The translations under genes were made by a program, and so were the position numbers. The notes under the pieces were generated by a model. The model saw nothing but the letters and a program-made list of their open reading frames with translations, made no database searches and was not told where the DNA came from. A stretch of 63,997 nt of DNA, the filler included, from Dimargaris cristalligena (taxonomy: Eukaryota), in the NCBI GenBank assembly GCA_003614675.1. It is 16 parts of 16 records of this genome, joined end to end, with 100 filler letters (N's around TTAATTAATTAA, not from the genome) between each part and the next. Parts side by side here need not be neighbours in the genome. Positions count along the whole stretch, not along the records: positions 56,737 to 60,647 come from ML003862.1; positions 60,748 to 63,997 come from ML003996.1; 14 more parts are not named here. One strand, 5' to 3'. Positions 59,128-63,997 of the stretch are shown here, one piece after another. Position 1 is the stretch's first letter. Every line of letters begins with the position of its first letter.

Positions 59128-60747
59128 AGCGTTGGTTACCGACAGGCTTGAAAAAAATAGTTAATGGGTAAAATCAATAAGGGTTCGAAAGTGTGCACCA
59201 ATAGTGAGCTACGTTTGACACACTGTCGAATTATGGAAGGTAGTGAGGGGCGTAGGGTAAGGCAGATCCATGGGACGCGACGGGACGGTACAGGCGACGC
59301 GTAGATTCATGATGCAGAATTTAGTTTGACGCGAAATGGATGTCACCGTGGGTTGGTTGTGATGATAGAAAATATAGGAGAAATGGTACACAGATATGGT
59401 TAGCAACACGCTATTACAGGGGCAGTTTGGATGGTGGTGTGAAAAGGAGCATAGGTATTGCACGTGGTGGAGGGGGGACGGATAATAAAGCTACCCAGAA
59501 GCCTGGAAGATTATGTAGAAAGAGAGAGCTTTGATGACATCACTCTAAGCCCAGTCGATAAATGGGAAATAAAATACAACAGGTTGTAGAAAAATGAACC
59601 CACTGCCGACCAATCAATTAGCCGCTGAAATAGAAGGTGAAACAAAAAGGCAAGAATAGGGGGCTAATCAACTGACCACCCACCTGACCAACGAGAAACG
59701 AGGAAAACGGCCTTTCCTCTCTCTCACACTCTCATATGGGGCAGACGGTATACAGGCGGTTGATGATGAGTCAGCAAGGAAAAGGAAGTTGGTGAAACCC
59801 ACTCTACATAAAGGAAATGGCTGAAACGAATAGTATTGGGGCTTGGGAAAATATGGGTGGGAGACGGGGGGGAACAGGTTCTCCCGGTCCAATGTAATCC
59901 ACGTCTCTCCTCCCCCTTACCGCCAGCTAACACGGGCCACCGAAATGAAAGAGAAGGGGAGGAAGGAGGAGGAGGAGAAACGTAAGGATAGAAGAGTTTC
60001 CGTCCGTCCGTTCATGGGTGTGTGTGTGTGTGTGTACACCACACCCACCCAACATACCAGCCACACACACACGTCCCCTTCTCCCCCCCTTACTTCCCCC
60101 AACCAGACAGAGGCGGGGGCTGCCGGATGAGGAAAGTGGTGGAAAAGGGCGTCAGATGAGACACTGCAACACGGCACTGTTGGCCCTCCCTCCAAAAATA
60201 CGGTAAAGTATATAGCGGTGCGGCCGAAACCCTCCAGCAGGCGAGATGAGACCATCTAAAACCTTGTGCAAATGACGGGATAGAATGAAGGCCCTTGGGA
60301 GGCCAATCTAGCCTGTTAGATCCGTAAAAACTACGAGATGACCTACCTTTCAAGGGGATGGGAACGAATTAGACAATAAGATAAACAACGGGTTCGAACT
60401 CAACGAGGGTAAATCGAATGGCCTTGGCGTACGCTGTGGGTGGTGTTGGTGGGTGTTGGGTTGTTAGGTAGGTAGGGAGGGGTGGAAATAGCTGACACAA
60501 CAAGTGGGGGTGTCCACGCCTCTCTTTGCTTAACTACGGTGGAAAAAAAACAGCAGGTAACATATAGTCGGGGTACGGGGGGGTGTATACAATGTGAGTT
60601 CGCCACTACTATTGCCAAGAGGTGTGTGTTGTCCATATTAGAAGACCNNNNNNNNNNNNNNNNNNNNNNNNNNNNNNNNNNNNNNNNNNNNTTAATTAAT
60701 TAANNNNNNNNNNNNNNNNNNNNNNNNNNNNNNNNNNNNNNNNNNNN

Positions 60748-60887
60748 GAACTCCGGGGGGCCTGGCCGGTTAAGGGCTATCAATGATGTTCGGCCTGGTT
60801 AGGGCCGGGGGGTATACTATGGCACTATACGGCCTGATATGACGACAGTCATATCGGTTGGATTAGGACGGATTAGGAGGGGCGACA
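60748..60887 (-). mobile_element. 5' end of a young, CpG-intact family-D LTR (mirrored at 63857-63991)
   Basis: Ends GGAGGGGCGACA and retains CpGs that are mutated in the 42887 copy. Confidence 0.75.
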
Positions 60888-63800
60888 ACCAGAAATATAG
60901 ATATAAAAAAAGTAATAACTTGGGTACTCAAAAGATTTTCATGTTTTAATAAAATACTTATTATAAATTACAAATCTCATTCCCAATAATCCCACTCAGT
61001 ATTACTTGATTATTCTGTCCCCACTCAGCCCCCATTACACTATAGGGGGACAGCCCACCTTGCCACAGCAGGGGCTAATGAACATGTGACCCTGAGCATT
61101 AGGCTGAGTATCTCAGCTATAGCAGCTGACAGGCCCTGTTAGTTCAAATGTATGTCTTTAACTTATAGTAAGTTTACCAGTTTTATCATCTACAGTAACT
61201 AGGGCCAGTTCAACTGGCAACTACTATACTGAAAATTATACATTTGGCTTTCCACATCTTTACCCTTCCCCTGGTAGCCATTACCAGTTGACATATATTG
61301 GGCACAAAGTAGTTCAGGGATGTTGGCTATGGGACCTTAGGTGTGCCCATAACTGAGTTTTGCCTAGGTTGGATTCTAACAGGGTTATATCTCACTGCAT
61401 TTAAAGCTGGCATCCGAAATTACCTCCTGATATATTATAAACTATGTAAACCATCACATATTTAGCCCTTAGCTTAGGATTTTACCAATCTCCAGCTGTA
61501 GTTGAATAAAAAACTATGAAATATCTGTAAGTTAAATACAGGTAAGGTCTAATGGTAACATAACCTATGCACATCTCCCCCCAAGACAGATGTGTACATT
61601 AGAAATGATTAATAATAGTTAGGTGGATTTGGGGTACTCTCCACCTTGGTCATGCGTGATTTTAGCTTAATTATCTTAATTTGAAATAGATAGCCGGGCA
61701 TTTGGTTCTCACCATAAATATCTGACTATGCAAATAGGACAAGTCAACTTAAGTAATATAGCCGATAATTCAACTTGTATCAAGACGATCAGCTAAGCAG
61801 ATTATACCACCGATGTATTTGTTTATATTTTACCAGATGTCATATTCAAGATGTGGGTGTAACCGGACTCTTCTGGGCTCATCTATCTCACACCTTTCCA
61901 GGTGCCCATTAGCGGCAATTTCCAATGCGGTCAGCCAACCTACGCTGGGCTAAACTATTACTACCCAGTTACGAGTATACTCCGCCGCCATGGGACCCAT
62001 TCACTGCCATGGTCATCGCATATTAGTGGATAGGACTCATTGAAGGCCGAACGTAGAACAATGGCTAAAGCACTGATACCACTTCCGGTCTATGGAATTG
62101 TCCATTATTTGGGCTTCCACACTTGTACCTGTGCATGTGCAGCCATGTACTGCTGGGGTAAAATGGTAGGCAATATAGGTTCAGTGATGGCATTGACGAG
62201 TAAGTTTGTTTAGACCAAATGCTGTGTATAAGTTATCGAAGGAGTTCTTTGCACACTATCAGGAACAAGGCTTACATCACCTATCCGCTCATACATTTTT
62301 TTATGGGTCAACCCACCATTCCAGTCACCATCTTCACGATCATAGAGGCCTGGAAGTTACTAACTTATTGGCACTACATTGGACCGATAGAACAGCCACT
62401 GGGGTAGGTAAATACAATCGGCTGGGATTTATGGGCAAGTTGGTTTAGGGACATTGAGTATATTCATACCTCTCTGAATCCTTATTTAAAGTGGATTATC
62501 GGACTTTGGCTGGTCAAACGTAATACCCAATACTCTCGACTTACGGGGCCGTGGTACCCTGCTCTAGAAACTAAAGGAACCCCACCTCCCCCTGACGCAT
62601 TGGGCTTGAATATCTACAATGAGTAGTGCTCACTTTCTCAGTCAATTTATAAGAGTACGGACTGCTGGAGCTTTGGGTTAGCTACTCCAAATTCTTACAA
62701 TAGTATACCGACTCAAACATCACGACTAGTGCGAACGAAATAACCGCTGTCATTTTCTAAACTTGTGGGTTTTTTAATCAATAAGTATAGGCATGTCGAT
62801 TATGAAGATCACATCGGTTAATGACTATTATCGCTCCTACCTGCAGACCCGCCCTAAATCAAATACATCTAAATTTCAAGGAAGTCCATGATTACTGAAT
62901 ATGACATCTGGTAAAATATAAACAAATACATCGGTGGTATAATCTGCTTAGCTGATCGTCTTGATACAAGTTGAATTATCGGCTATATTACTTAAGTTGA
63001 CTTGTCCTATTTGCATAGTCAGATATTTATGGTGAGAACCAAATGCCCGGCTATCTATTTCAAATTAAGATAATTAAGCTAAAATCACGCATGACCAAGG
63101 TGGAGAGTACCCCAAATCCACCTAACTATTATTAATCATTTCTAATGTACACATCTGTCTTGGGGGGAGATGTGCATAGGTTATGTTACCATTAGACCTT
63201 ACCTGTATTTAACTTACAGATATTTCATAGTTTTTTATTCAACTACAGCTGGAGATTGGTAAAATCCTAAGCTAAGGGCTAAATATGTGATGGTTTACAT
63301 AGTTTATAATATATCAGGAGGTAATTTCGGATGCCAGCTTTAAATGCAGTGAGATATAACCCTGTTAGAATCCAACCTAGGCAAAACTCAGTTATGGGCA
63401 CACCTAAGGTCCCATAGCCAACATCCCTGAACTACTTTGTGCCCAATATATGTCAACTGGTAATGGCTACCAGGGGAAGGGTAAAGATGTGGAAAGCCAA
63501 ATGTATAATTTTCAGTATAGTAGTTGCCAGTTGAACTGGCCCTAGTTACTGTAGATGATAAAACTGGTAAACTTACTATAAGTTAAAGACATACATTTGA
63601 ACTAACAGGGCCTGTCAGCTGCTATAGCTGAGATACTCAGCCTAATGCTCAGGGTCACATGTTCATTAGCCCCTGCTGTGGCAAGGTGGGCTGTCCCCCT
63701 ATAGTGTAATGGGGGCTGAGTGGGGACAGAATAATCAAGTAATACTGAGTGGGATTATTGGGAATGAGATTTGTAATTTATAATAAGTATTTTATTAAAA

Positions 63801-63991
63801 CATGAAAATCTTTTGAGTACCCAAGTTATTACTTTTTTTATATCTATATTTCTGGTTGTCGCCCCTCCTAATCCGTCCTAATCCAACCGATATGACTGTC
63901 GTCATATCAGGCCGTATAGTGCCATAGTATACCCCCCCGGCCCTAACCAGGCCGAACATCATTGATAGCCCTTAACCGGCCAGGCCCCCCG
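60754..63991. repeat. ~1.1-kb near-perfect inverted repeat (arms 60754-61848 and 62896-63991, 1047-bp spacer)
   Basis: The arms are reverse complements. The only difference I noticed is G6 versus C7 in one homopolymer. Confidence 0.95.
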
Positions 63992-63997
63992 CGCGCT

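Overview
This window is not contiguous DNA. It is 16 unrelated ~3.9-4.0 kb contigs, in roughly descending length order, joined by artificial 100-nt linkers (N44-TTAATTAATTAA-N44), so no gene neighbourhood can be inferred across a linker. Most contigs look like an early-diverging fungus: GT-AG introns, FAB1, a P5 ATPase, spermidine synthase, EPL1, an E-C-A-T NRPS fragment and orphan secreted proteins. A Dimargaris-like zoopagomycete mycoparasite is my inference only. The most notable observations are: (1) an intronless contig (28439-32390) that looks like giant-virus DNA, with a fibre-like repeat protein and six intergenic TATCGATA palindromes; (2) a stack of at least four ~500-bp solo LTRs from three families, each separated by the same 4-bp AAAG target duplication; (3) CpA->TpA plus CpG hypermutation of repeats, resembling RIP; (4) secreted orphan proteins carrying cytosolic ubiquitin-ligase-recruiting motifs (an F-box plus an MGACCS acylation motif, and PY motifs); (5) a kinase gene whose best model needs 5 GC-AG introns out of 8; (6) a 136-bp MITE family including a self-nested copy; and (7) two inverted duplications that may be amplification chimeras. 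All calls are made by eye; no database searches were run.
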